DNA from: an uncultured Ignavibacteria bacterium
GTDB lineage: Bacteria; Bacteroidota; Ignavibacteria; UBA10030; UBA6906
NCBI GenBank assembly: GCA_963701735.1
Contig: CAVPBI010000031.1
Span: 1,356 to 65,355 of the forward strand
Direction of reading: 5' to 3'
Length of the DNA stretch: 64,000 nt
Part shown: positions 52,920 to 62,813 of the stretch, piece after piece
Layout: each line of letters starts with the position of its first letter
Position numbering within the stretch: position 1 is the stretch's first letter
Made by a program: the position numbers and the translations under genes
The notes under the pieces: model-generated
Told to the model about the DNA's origin: nothing
Seen by the model: the letters and a program-made list of their open reading frames with translations, nothing else
The model's database searches: none

Positions 52920-55908
52920 TTAGAACCTGAAGCGTACGCCTAAGTCTCCGGCCATACCGTACAGCTGCTCGTTTGCGGTAAAACCGGTCTTCTGGTTGAT
53001 ATCGACGTCATTCTCGCTGGTGATATTCATCAGGTTGAGATAGAGCTGCATACCCAGCCAGGGAAGCTCCTGCTTGAACGAAAGATCCCAGCGGGTGAAC
53101 GGAGCGGAATTGACCCGCTGCTGCATCCAGAAATCGGGACGCTTGAAGATGTTGTCCTGATACAGCACCGACAGCCGGACCGAGAATCCCATGTAGTCAT
53201 ACCCGAGCGCGACGTTGAGAATGTCGTTGGGCTGGTTGAGCAAGCGGGTCGTGTACGAGGTGTCGTTGACCACCTGCACGAGATTGCCCTCCTCGTCGTA
53301 GGTGTTGGTCAGCTCGCTCTTCGGGTAGCCGGCCTCCGAGAAGATGTGCGTGTAGTTGATGTTGAACACGATCCCCGAGAACGGTTCCGGCAGATACCAG
53401 AAATGCGTCTGCCATTCGCCCTCGATGCCCCACAGATCGATGACAATCGGGTTGTTGATGTACGTGTTGAACTCGTACAGCTGCGTCCCTCCCTGCGGCA
53501 GATCCGGATACTTGCTCAGATCGGTCTCGTAGGTGTGGGAGAAGAACACCAGGTCCTTGATCCGCTTCCTGAACCCGTCGACGGCCAGCAGGCCGATTTC
53601 ATTCGAATGGACCGAAAAGACGAGGTCCAGGTTCTCCGACGTGGCGGGCTTAAGGTTATGATTGTTGTAGTCGATGAAGCCCGTTCCGATGAGATACCTG
53701 GGGGTGATCGAGCTGTAGTCGGGGTAGTTCAGGGTGTTCGTGTACGCGAAATGGATCTGCATCCACTCGAGCGGATTGTACCGGACGTGCACCATCGGCA
53801 GCCAGAAGCCGTGCGAATGGGCGATCGTCGTGTCGCCTCCCTGGAGGCCGCCGGGGACGAGCATTCCCCTCATCGCCGTGTATTCCGTCGTGAGATTCTG
53901 ATACCTGACGCCCGGAACGATGGAGAGGTAATCGAAGATCTTGAACGAAATCATCGCGTAGCCGGCGCTCTTGTCCTCGAATCCCGAATAGTCGTTGATG
54001 GCGGACCCGAGTCTTGTTGACCTGGTACCCTTCCAGGGAGCTCGTGCGCTTGGCGATCGGCAGCATATCCCACATCAGGTTGATGTCGGTGGGATACTCC
54101 AGATGGTAGTCGCCGTTCAGAAACTCCCCGTAGTCATACCCCTCGTCGATGAAGTTGAGGTAGCTGATCCGCCCGCCATACATGATCAGGCCGGGAAAGG
54201 CCTGCTGGATCGCCGTGACCACCGCGCCGCCGCCCGAGTACCCCTGGTTCCCCGAGCCGGAGTTGTAGTCATAATTACGGGTACGGTGCTGATACATGCC
54301 GCCGAACTTGAGCTTTGCTGCCAGCCAGTCGGCAAGCGTGAAGTCCGTCTGCAGGTCCATCGCCCCGGTCAGCGTACGCTCCTTCGAGAACACCGACGAT
54401 GTCGAAATATCCATCAGGCCTGCCCGTGAGGCATCCGACTTGACGTACGAATCGAGGACGTCCGGGCGCATCTTCGTCAGATCGCCCATGTTGGCCAGAC
54501 CGATATTGTCCTGGTAGAAGTTGAAATACAGGTTTTCCGGATTGATGCTCTCGGTATAGCTGTGGGACAGCTTCAGATCGACATGGAAGATCGGGATATC
54601 CTGCTTGACGGAGAGGATATTGGTGATGACGTTCAGCTCGTTGTTGTTCTCGCCTGCCTCGAAGTAGAGAGAATTGCCGGCCGGGTTGATCGCCTGGCCC
54701 CGGTTGAGCTCCTTCGTGTCGCTCGAGCTGAAGAAGTTCGCGAACCCGATGTCGCCGGTGGAATGCACATAGTCCAGCACCAGCGACGCGCCAAGCCGGT
54801 CGCGCTGCCTGTACACGTCCCTCAGATTCATCGATGTCAGGTCCGGGATGCCCGCATCACCGTGGGTCTTGTCCCTCAGGGTGTACCCCACACCCAGAAC
54901 ATTGGAGCTCAGGTTGCGTCTCTCCATGGACCCCTGCACGAACACGCCGAAGTCCTGCTGGTCGAAGAACCGCTTCTCCAGGGAGCCGACAAACTTGTAG
55001 TTGTCGTAGTTCTGTTTCAGATTGGCGTAGCCGCCCTGCACCCACAACTCGCCGAGCGGGACCCATGACGACGCCGCCACCTCGTCCGAGCTCAGTTCGG
55101 TCTTCACCGCCTTGCGCATTCCGAAATTCACGACGCCGCCGATGGCCGTGGCATCCATGTCGGGCGTGATGGCCTTGGTGACCTCAATGCCCCCGAGCAT
55201 CGAGGACGAGATCATGCTCAGGTCACCGCCTCTGTCGCCCAGCGTGGCGATGGTCCCTTCCTGGGCACCTTTGTCGCCTGAGGTAATATTGTTGTTCGAG
55301 GCGACGTTGCTGGGCATCTCGACGCCGTCAATGGTGATCTGGTTGTACTGGGGCGAGAGGCCGCGGATAACGACCTGCGAGCCTTCGCCGCCTGTCCTTA
55401 CCAGGGAGACGCCGGGCAACCTGCCGACGGACTCGGCGGCGTTCGCGTCGGGAAGCTCCTGAATTCGGGCGCGCGAAACGACGTTGGTGATCGGGATCGC
55501 CGACAGCTGCTGGTTGATCGCCTCATTCTGGCCGGCTGCCTGGGCCGTGACAACGACCTCCTGGCCTTCGATTCCTATCGCGACAAGCCTGATTTCCAGC
55601 TTGACGGTCTCCCCGTCCTTCACCGTGACGGCAATCTCTTTCTGCTGGTATCCGACGTACGTGGCGCGGAGCGTATACGAGCCCGGCGGCACGTTCCGGA
55701 TGGCATACTTTCCGTTGACATCGGACGACGCGCCAAGGCTGGTCTTGACAAGCAGCAGGTTCGCCCCGGGCAGCCCGTCTTTTGTCTGGGAGTCCTTGAC
55801 ACTCCCTTCGATGTTGCCGCTCGCCGCGAGCGCGGGGGAAGCCAGGAGTGCTGACATGAGGACACATACGAGGGAACAACGGAGAATGCCGCGTACCAAT
55901 GTAGTCAT
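52920..55908 (-). CDS. TonB-dependent outer-membrane receptor with N-terminal CarboxypepD_reg domain (paralogue A); 1 frameshift
   Basis: ATG at 55908 is preceded by GAGGAGAA and gives MTTLVRGILRCSLVCVLMSALLASPALA. Then GNIEGSVKDSQTKDGLPGANLLL...YAIRNVPPGSYTLRATYVGY, a plug domain (VVVTAQAAGQNEAINQQ, GVSLVRTGGEGSQVVIRGL), and a terminal F. Fragments are 53656..56046 and 52920..53954. The frame changes at about 54007. It is colinear with and closely similar to 57785..60772. Confidence 0.9.
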
Positions 55909-55948
55909 ACTGTTCTCCTCGGGCAATAAGTGGTTCGATGCACTGCAG

Positions 55949-57163
55949 CTACGAGGTGGTGGTCCCAAAGACTTTCTTGTACGATATGGCGGCCGCGCCG
56001 AGAACGGACGGCAGCTCGCCAAGAGACGTCGGCAGAATCGTTGCATGGTCGAGCTTCCCGTAGAATCCGCCCTTCCTCACACCCTCGACGATCGCAGGAT
56101 ACACGAGATCCCAGGCTCCGGTGATCTGACCGCCGATGACGATGGTATCCGGATCTACAGCTTTGATGATGTTGGAAATGCCCAGGCCAAGGTAATCACC
56201 CATTCGCACGAGCTCCTCCCGGGCCACAGCGTCCCCCATGGCGGCTGCGTGGATGATCTGCCGCATCGTGACCTTCTCCGCTTCCTGATGGCTCAGCTTC
56301 CGGGCGCGCGCGTACCGCGACACGGTTGCCCGCTCCGATGCGTACGCCTGCCAGCATCCGCGATTTCCGCACTCGCACGGCTCGCCGCCCTCCACCAGCG
56401 TCACATGACCGAACTCGCCCGCAAGATGAGCCTGCCCCTTCAGGACGACGGAGTCAATGACGATGCCCGCACCCACGCCTTCGCTGACGGAGAGAAACAC
56501 GAAACTCCCGAGGGGTGACTTGTGACGTCCGAAAAAGAGCTCCGCCACCGCCGACGCCTTCGCATCGTTTTCGATGGCGACGATGCTCACCTCAGGGAAG
56601 ATCTCGCGAACCAGCGCCCCGAGATCGAGATCCTTCCACCCGAGGAAGGGAGCGTACTCTACAATAGACTGGCTGGCGTCCACGACGCCGGCAACGGTGA
56701 TGCCGATGCTCTGCAGTCGGGGAAAACGATGCTGCTTGCGCGCGGTCTCCAGGTGAGTGATGCAGGCGGACACGAAATCCCGCACCGGACTCCCGTTCGT
56801 GGGGACGTCAAGCGTGTGCCGGATCGTTCCATCGATGTCGACAATGGCCAGCCTGGTGACTTTGGAGTCGAACGACAACGCCCCGACCAGATGCTTTCCT
56901 GTTTTGAGGTGCAGGTTGAGAGGCTTGCGTCCGACGACGGTGTTCTTGACGAGCTCCTCCGCAAGGAGATCTTCTTCCAGGAGACCGTTGACGATGCTCG
57001 ACACAGTGCTCTTGTTCAGGCTGCTGACCCTGGCAAGGGAGGCGCGGGAGATCGGTCCCCGCTCTCGGACCAGGTCCAGAACGAGGGCGCGGTTAAGGCT
57101 CCGCACAACGCGAGAATTCATCGTCGCACGGCGCTGCTGAAACAACCGACTGATAGTCGTCAT
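55949..57163 (-). CDS. ROK-family transcriptional regulator (NagC/XylR-like: N-terminal wHTH plus sugar-kinase-like domain); intact
   Basis: VRSLNRALVLDLVRERGPISRASLARVSSLNKSTVSSIV is the wHTH. GITVAGVVD and GEFGHVTLVEGGEPCECGNRGCWQAY (ROK zinc motif) are also present. An alternative start lies at 57121 (MNSRVV). Confidence 0.85.
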   Translation of the reverse strand: MTTISRLFQQRRATMNSRVVRSLNRALVLDLVRERGPISRASLARVSSLNKSTVSSIVNGLLEEDLLAEELVKNTVVGRKPLNLHLKTGKHLVGALSFDSKVTRLAIVDIDGTIRHTLDVPTNGSPVRDFVSACITHLETARKQHRFPRLQSIGITVAGVVDASQSIVEYAPFLGWKDLDLGALVREIFPEVSIVAIENDAKASAVAELFFGRHKSPLGSFVFLSVSEGVGAGIVIDSVVLKGQAHLAGEFGHVTLVEGGEPCECGNRGCWQAYASERATVSRYARARKLSHQEAEKVTMRQIIHAAAMGDAVAREELVRMGDYLGLGISNIIKAVDPDTIVIGGQITGAWDLVYPAIVEGVRKGGFYGKLDHATILPTSLGELPSVLGAAAISYKKVFGTTTS

Positions 57164-57263
57164 TCGGCCGCGCCTAGATATCCGTGTGAGAAGCTCGGCA
57201 AGTGAAACTGGTCTCGCGGGGCTTCAAGTACGATTGACGCAAGATCGAGGGCTAACCGGAAGG

Positions 57264-57287
57264 GTTAGTTTGTCATCGCAACAAACT
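57264..57287. promoter_or_regulatory. Candidate ROK operator: GTTAGTTTGT-catcgca-ACAAACT inverted repeat
   Basis: Perfect 7-bp arms AGTTTGT (57267-57273) and ACAAACT (57281-57287) are separated by 7 nt. The site lies in the divergent region between the ROK gene and the plus-strand receptor, about 100 nt upstream of the ROK start. The arms resemble the Bacillus XylR operator half-site (TTAGTTTGT...ACAAACTAA) as I recall it. Confidence 0.4.
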
Positions 57288-57310
57288 CGGTCCTATAGTA
57301 CCACAACTCA

Positions 57311-57339
57311 TTGAATATGTCAATACCTCCACGAAAAAT
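57311..57339 (+). promoter_or_regulatory. Possible sigma70-like promoter (TTGAAT-N17-AAAAAT) for the plus-strand receptor
   Basis: This is the only AT-rich patch in the 620-bp intergenic region and lies just downstream of the palindrome. The promoter consensus for this lineage is unknown, so the call is weak. Confidence 0.2.
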
Positions 57340-57784
57340 GGCGTCATTGCCGCCCTCCGTCACCCCCCTCTGTCACCCTCCGTGCACCTCCCCCACCCCG
57401 CGGGCCTCCGGCCCACCCAACCCCGGTACTCACGGGCGTCCTTCCCGCACCCGCATGCCCCCCCTCTGCCTCCGGTCCCCGGCGGCCCATCGCCTGCTTC
57501 CGGCCTTGAACTTCGCGGTCTTTTCACTATCCTCCACCCTCCGGTCTCCCGGGCATGTCTCCCCCGCTTTCGGTTGGAATTTCCGAAAGCGCTCCGACCG
57601 CCAGGCACGGGATCGCCCGCTCCGCCATCGACCGTGAAGCGCATTGCCCTTCCCCCACCACCCGTTCGCTCAGAAGCAGACGGCACTTGCCCATACCGAT
57701 TCCCCTCCGTACTTTGCGCTGAGGCACTCTCTCATGAGGGTGCCCGGACAGGGACAACGAACACTAATGTAGGAGGAACCAGCG

Positions 57785-60772
57785 GTGAAGAAGATGCTAC
57801 CGATCCTCGCCATGGTAACGCTGGTGGCTGTGATTGCTGCGACATCTGCATTCGCGCAGAAGACTTCCAACCTGTCAGGATCAGTCAAGGACGCCCAGAC
57901 CGGTGACGGCCTGCCGGGAGCGAACGTGCTCCTGGTCGGGAGCGGAATGGGAGCGACGTCGGATGTCCAGGGCAGGTTCGTTGTCCGAAACATCCCGGCA
58001 GGCGCCTACACTCTTCGCGTCACGTACCTCGGCTACGAGCCCATCAGCACGTCGATCACCGTTCAGGCCGGGACCGACATGCGCAAGGACTTCAAGCTGA
58101 ACGCTGTCGCGATCGAAGGCGAGACGATCGTCGTGACGGCGCAGGCCGCAGGGCAGGACGAGGCAATCAACCGGCAGCTCTCCTCCATGCCGGTCATGAA
58201 TGCGGTGTCGGCGGCTCGCATCCAGGAACTGCCCGACGCGAACGCCGCAGAATCCGTCGGCAGGCTGCCCGGCGTCTCCCTCGTGCGCACCGGCGGCGAA
58301 GGCTCGCAGGTGGTCGTGCGCGGACTGTCGCCGCAGTACAACCAGGTCACCATCGACGGCGTGGAGATGCCGAGCGACGTGGCATCCGCGAACAACCTGA
58401 CGTCGGCCGACAAGGGCGCGCAGGAGGGTCAGTCGAATGTCCTCGGCGATCGCGGTGCGGACCTGAGCATGATCTCGTCCAACATGCTCGGCGGCATCGA
58501 AGTGATCAAGGCCATCACGCCGGACATGGATGCCACGGCCATCGGCGGCGTGGTGAATTTCGGTCTCCGGAAAGCGGCGATGGCGCCGGCAGGCGCGGAG
58601 GGGGCGATCGTCAGCGGGGACGCATCGCTGTGGCCGAGGACGGAGATCCGCGGCTCCGCCGGGTACAACAACCTGAAGGACTCGTACAACGACTACAAGC
58701 TCTCCGGGTCCCTCGAACAGCGGTTCTTCGAGCAGGCGTTCGGCGTGTTCATCCAGGCGAGCGGGGAGCAGCGCAACCTCAGCTCGAATAACCTGGGCGT
58801 GGGATATGTCCTGAACGACAAGGACCACGGTGATGCGGGCATCCCCGACCTGAATTCGATCAACCTCACGGATGTCTATCGAACGCGGAACCGGGTCGGC
58901 GGAACGGTCGTGCTGGACTACCAGCACGACCACGGCGAGATCGGGCTGATGAACTTCCTCAGTTCGAGCAAGACAGAAGCGTTGAACAGAGGTCAGGTGA
59001 TCTACCCCGTGCGGGATCTCCTCTATTATACTGCGGGCGAATCGAACAACGAGCTGCAGGTCATCAGCAATCTGCTGAGCGTGAAGCAGGACCTCCCGAT
59101 CTTCCACGTGGACCTCAGGCTCTCCCACAGCTACTCGCAAACCCACAACCCGGAGGACCTCGCGTTCCAGTTCACGCAGTACGGCGCCGGGTACGCCAAC
59201 CTGCCAAACATCACAAAACAGCCGCCGAAGAACATCTTCGGGTACCTCAGGCCGAACTCCGCCCAGTCATCCCTGGCCGAAATGTCGACCTCCGAGACCT
59301 GGTCCAAGGAGCGGACACTCACCGGCAGTCTCGACCTGCAGACCGACATGTCGCTGACGCAGGGACTGTCTGCCAAGATCAAGTTCGGCGGGATGTGGCA
59401 GCACCGCACGCGCGACTACAACTACGACGTCTATTCAGGGACCGGGTGGCACGACGACGGCCTGGTCACCAACCTCACGGCCGTGTACCCCGACCTGATC
59501 CTCACGCTGGGCGACGTCGGATTTCAGAACTTCGTGTATGACGGCTACGACTATGGCGAGTTCCTGAACGGCGAGTACAGCCTGACGTACCCGATCAACA
59601 TCGACGTGATGTGGGACTATCTGCCGGTTGTGAAGAGGACGAGCCAGCTCGGAGACCGGGGCGGCTATCAGCTGAACGAGCTGGGCACGACGATCAACGA
59701 CTACAACGGCACGGAGGACAAGAGCGCCGGCTACGCGATGGTGACATTCAATATCGGCGACCAGATCTCCGTCCTGCCCGGCGTGCGGTATCAGAACCTC
59801 ACGACAGACTACACGGCCGTGAGGGGCATGATGGTCCCCGGGGGCATCCAGGGAGGCGACACAACGGTAACCCAGACGCACGGGTACTGGCTGCCGATGG
59901 TGCACGTCAGGTACAAGCCGCTCGAGTGGCTGCAGCTCCACTTCGCGTACACAAACACCCTGAACTATCCGGACTACAGCACGATCACGCCGCGCTATCT
60001 GATCGGCACGGGGTACATTTCCTACAACAACTTCCGGATCAGTCCTGCCCGCTCGGAGAACATCGACCTCGTCGTCGCGTTCCATTCCAACGAGATCGGC
60101 CTCTTCACGCTCAACGGGTTCAAGAAGCGCATCGAGGATCTGGTGTTCTTCTCCAAGCAGTACCTCACCGACCTGAGCGCCTATCCCGATCTGCCGCAGG
60201 GCGGGACGCAGCTGTTCGAATTCAACACCTACGTCAACAATCCCAACCCCGTCGATGTCTATGGCATCGAGACGGAGTGGCAGACGCACTTCTGGTACCT
60301 CCCGCAGCCGTTCAGCGGACTCGTTCTGAACGTCAACTACACGCACGTGTATTCGAAAGCGACCTATCCCAGGATCCAGCTCGAGAACGTGTACGATGAA
60401 GAGGGCAACCTGACGCAAACGGCGAAGGACGCATCGTATACGACGAGGCTGCTGAACCAGCCCAACGATATCGTCAACGTCAACCTGGGGTTTGACTACG
60501 AAGGGTTCTCCGCCCGGATCTCGATGCTCTATCAGGACAACATATTCAAACAGCCCGACTTCTGGATGCAGAACCGGGTCTTTTCCGAGCAGTACATGCG
60601 GTGGGACCTGTCGGTCAAGCAGAACCTGCCGTGGTTCGGGATGCAGATCTTCTTCAACATCGCCAACGTCACCGGCGAGGACGAGCTGGACGTGAACCAG
60701 AAGACCAACTACCCGGCGAACGAGCAGCGCTACGGGATGTCGGCCGATCTGGGAATCCGGATTCTGTTCTGA
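57785..60772 (+). CDS. TonB-dependent outer-membrane receptor with CarboxypepD_reg domain (paralogue B); intact
   Basis: GTG at 57785, 8 nt after AGGAGG, gives MKKMLPILAMVTLVAVIAATSAFA. Then SGSVKDAQTGDGLPGANVLLV...RFVVRNIPAGAYTLRVTYLGY, a plug domain (IVVTAQAAGQDEAINRQ, GVSLVRTGGEGSQVVVRGL), a 995-aa barrel and a terminal F. Confidence 0.9.
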   Translation: MKKMLPILAMVTLVAVIAATSAFAQKTSNLSGSVKDAQTGDGLPGANVLLVGSGMGATSDVQGRFVVRNIPAGAYTLRVTYLGYEPISTSITVQAGTDMRKDFKLNAVAIEGETIVVTAQAAGQDEAINRQLSSMPVMNAVSAARIQELPDANAAESVGRLPGVSLVRTGGEGSQVVVRGLSPQYNQVTIDGVEMPSDVASANNLTSADKGAQEGQSNVLGDRGADLSMISSNMLGGIEVIKAITPDMDATAIGGVVNFGLRKAAMAPAGAEGAIVSGDASLWPRTEIRGSAGYNNLKDSYNDYKLSGSLEQRFFEQAFGVFIQASGEQRNLSSNNLGVGYVLNDKDHGDAGIPDLNSINLTDVYRTRNRVGGTVVLDYQHDHGEIGLMNFLSSSKTEALNRGQVIYPVRDLLYYTAGESNNELQVISNLLSVKQDLPIFHVDLRLSHSYSQTHNPEDLAFQFTQYGAGYANLPNITKQPPKNIFGYLRPNSAQSSLAEMSTSETWSKERTLTGSLDLQTDMSLTQGLSAKIKFGGMWQHRTRDYNYDVYSGTGWHDDGLVTNLTAVYPDLILTLGDVGFQNFVYDGYDYGEFLNGEYSLTYPINIDVMWDYLPVVKRTSQLGDRGGYQLNELGTTINDYNGTEDKSAGYAMVTFNIGDQISVLPGVRYQNLTTDYTAVRGMMVPGGIQGGDTTVTQTHGYWLPMVHVRYKPLEWLQLHFAYTNTLNYPDYSTITPRYLIGTGYISYNNFRISPARSENIDLVVAFHSNEIGLFTLNGFKKRIEDLVFFSKQYLTDLSAYPDLPQGGTQLFEFNTYVNNPNPVDVYGIETEWQTHFWYLPQPFSGLVLNVNYTHVYSKATYPRIQLENVYDEEGNLTQTAKDASYTTRLLNQPNDIVNVNLGFDYEGFSARISMLYQDNIFKQPDFWMQNRVFSEQYMRWDLSVKQNLPWFGMQIFFNIANVTGEDELDVNQKTNYPANEQRYGMSADLGIRILF

Positions 60773-60802
60773 GCGGCGGGAATCGCGGCGCGAACGAGGG
60801 TA

Positions 60803-62813
60803 TTACCGGGCGTGCTGCCCGATCTGTGACCGGAGGTCGAGGGCGGCCTGATATCCGGGAGCCAGGCGCAGCGATTCATCGAGCAGCCTGAGGGCGGAAG
60901 CGGCGCTGTTCCGCCTGACCTCGATGAATGCGAGGCCATACAGCGACTTTGCCCGAAGCGTGGCAGACGCCGTGCCGGCGTCACCGGCTGCGACAATCGG
61001 CGCGAGGCGGCGCTGCGCCTCGTCGTACTGCCCTTCCTGAATCAGCAGGAACGCAAAGTCGACGCTGGCCTCGACGAATCCCGGCTTGAGGGCGAGCGCG
61101 CGACGGTACTGATCGATCGCCTCGGATGTCCTCCCGACATTCTCGAGCGCCGTTGCAAGGCCGTAGCGAAAGAGGTAGACCCAGGGGTATTCCTCCACGA
61201 GCGCTGCGAGCGCCGTCACCGCGGCGCTCTCTTTCTTGTGGCGGCGCGCCTTGTCCGCGTACTGAAGGCAGGCGTCGCTCCACCCTACCTTCCCCGCATA
61301 CACATCCTTCACGAGCTGCAGCTCCCAATCCTCGCACCCGTCGAGCACGTCTCGCCGGCGCGGCATGTCCTCGAAGGGCCATCGCGATGTCAGGGCGCGC
61401 ACACTGAACGCCCCGTACCCAAGGTCAATCCACGGGACGCTCAGGCTGTCGGCGTTGAACGGGAGCAGCGGGGCTGCCTGCCGGCCGGGCAGCGCCGGAA
61501 TGCGCTCGCGCACGATCGCCTGCACGAACGTCCGGGCAATCAGGTCGTAGCCCGCGAACGTCGGATGCAGATGTTCGCAGAACAGCGTGGTGTCCGTGAT
61601 CCCGCGGGGAGAGCCGCGCCCGCATGAGCGAATCGATCGGGAGCACCGGGACCGATTCCCCGCTGCCGACCCGGCGAATGATGTCGTTGACACGGCCGGG
61701 AGCCCGGAACTTCAGCAGATCGTTGTCCCGTGCGCGCTCGAGGAATCGCACGGCACTCGCGCTGTCTCCGGCAGCAAGGCTGAGGCGCCCGCGCCAGTAG
61801 AGATAGTAGGCGTTTGCAGAGTCGGCGGCGAGACCTCGCGCGACGAGCGAGTCGGCCACGGCAAACCGGCCCGAGGCAATCGCCGCTTCGAGAGCGTCGG
61901 GACGCGCGTCGGACCGGGGAGCGAACGGGGGGAACATCAGATTCGAACTGATATCCCCGAGAATGACCGGAACCCCGCGCTCCCGGAACGTGTGCACGAT
62001 GTCGCGAAGATTCTCCTCAAACTGACCGAAGATACGCTCGGCCTCCGGGCTGGCGAGGGCTACCTCCGCTCCTTCCGACACCTGACGCATGAGGTTCCGC
62101 TCTTCCCCGCTCTTCCTTCCGCCAAGACCGCCGACCCACCGCTGCACCTGGAGGACGAGCGGCAGACGCCGCGCGCTGTACTTCCACGGCGTCAGCCCCG
62201 GGAACTGCCGATCCAGCCACGAGGCGCCGATCCCTTCTGGGCCATAGAACTCGTTGTGCCCGGTATAGATGAGGACGACATCCGGCTCCAGCTCGAGGAA
62301 CTGCGGGACCATCACCCGGATGACGTTGGTATTGATTGCGGACGCGCCGAGGTTGACGACTTCGATGTCCAGTGCGGGATAGAGATGCCGGAGCTGCTTC
62401 CGGACGAGCGCCGGGATGGTCGCCGCGTACTGAAACGGCACACCAAACATCGACGATTCGCCGAGGCAGAGAACGCGGAGAGCATTCTGGCCCTTCGCTT
62501 TCCGGACATACGTGGACTTCAGCTCGGGGATGAGAGGCGACCCCGCGGGGAAAAACGGCGCCAGGTAGCTGCGGTTGATTTGCCGGAAGGCGATCCCCTC
62601 TTCCTGAAGCTCCCGGGTGAACGGGATATCCAGCGAGGGGTCGAACCGAGGGAGCAATAGATTCGCAAGCCAGAGCACGCCGAATACCGCGAGGTAGGGG
62701 AGTGCGAGAAGAAAGAACCGGCGTTTTCGGGATTGCCTGGCCAGGGGGTGGCTCCGATGAATCGTGTAATGAATTTTCGAACTATAGCCAACCCTCCCTT
62801 GAGTTGCAAGCAC
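60803..62813 (-). CDS. Membrane-anchored SGNH/GDSL-like hydrolase domain fused to TPR repeats; 1 frameshift; start uncertain
   Basis: Fragment 61425..62813 has a TM segment (RRFFLLALPYLAVFGVLWLANLLL), LRVLCLGESSMFG (block I Ser) and VVLIYTGHNEF. Fragment 60803..61693 has LFCEHLHPTFAGYDL (block V D/E-x-x-H) followed by TPR-like repeats. The frame changes at about 61603. The listed start at 62813 is a GTG. Confidence 0.45.

Noticed and set aside
57340-57784. A cobalamin, TPP or other riboswitch upstream of the TonB-dependent receptor.
   Set aside because: I could not find the conserved cores, such as a B12-box-like GCCACTG context or the TPP CTGAGA...ACCTGA pairing. The receptor is also of the glycan (CarboxypepD_reg) type rather than BtuB-like. 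This was not tested with covariance models.
57311-57906. ORFs in the receptor-B upstream region (57311..57637 +, 57382..57906 +, 57360..57686 -) as small proteins, or a decayed SusD or anti-sigma gene.
   Set aside because: They overlap each other in several frames and are Pro/Arg/Gly-rich and low-complexity. They have no start context and no motif I recognise. The region is treated as non-coding leader.
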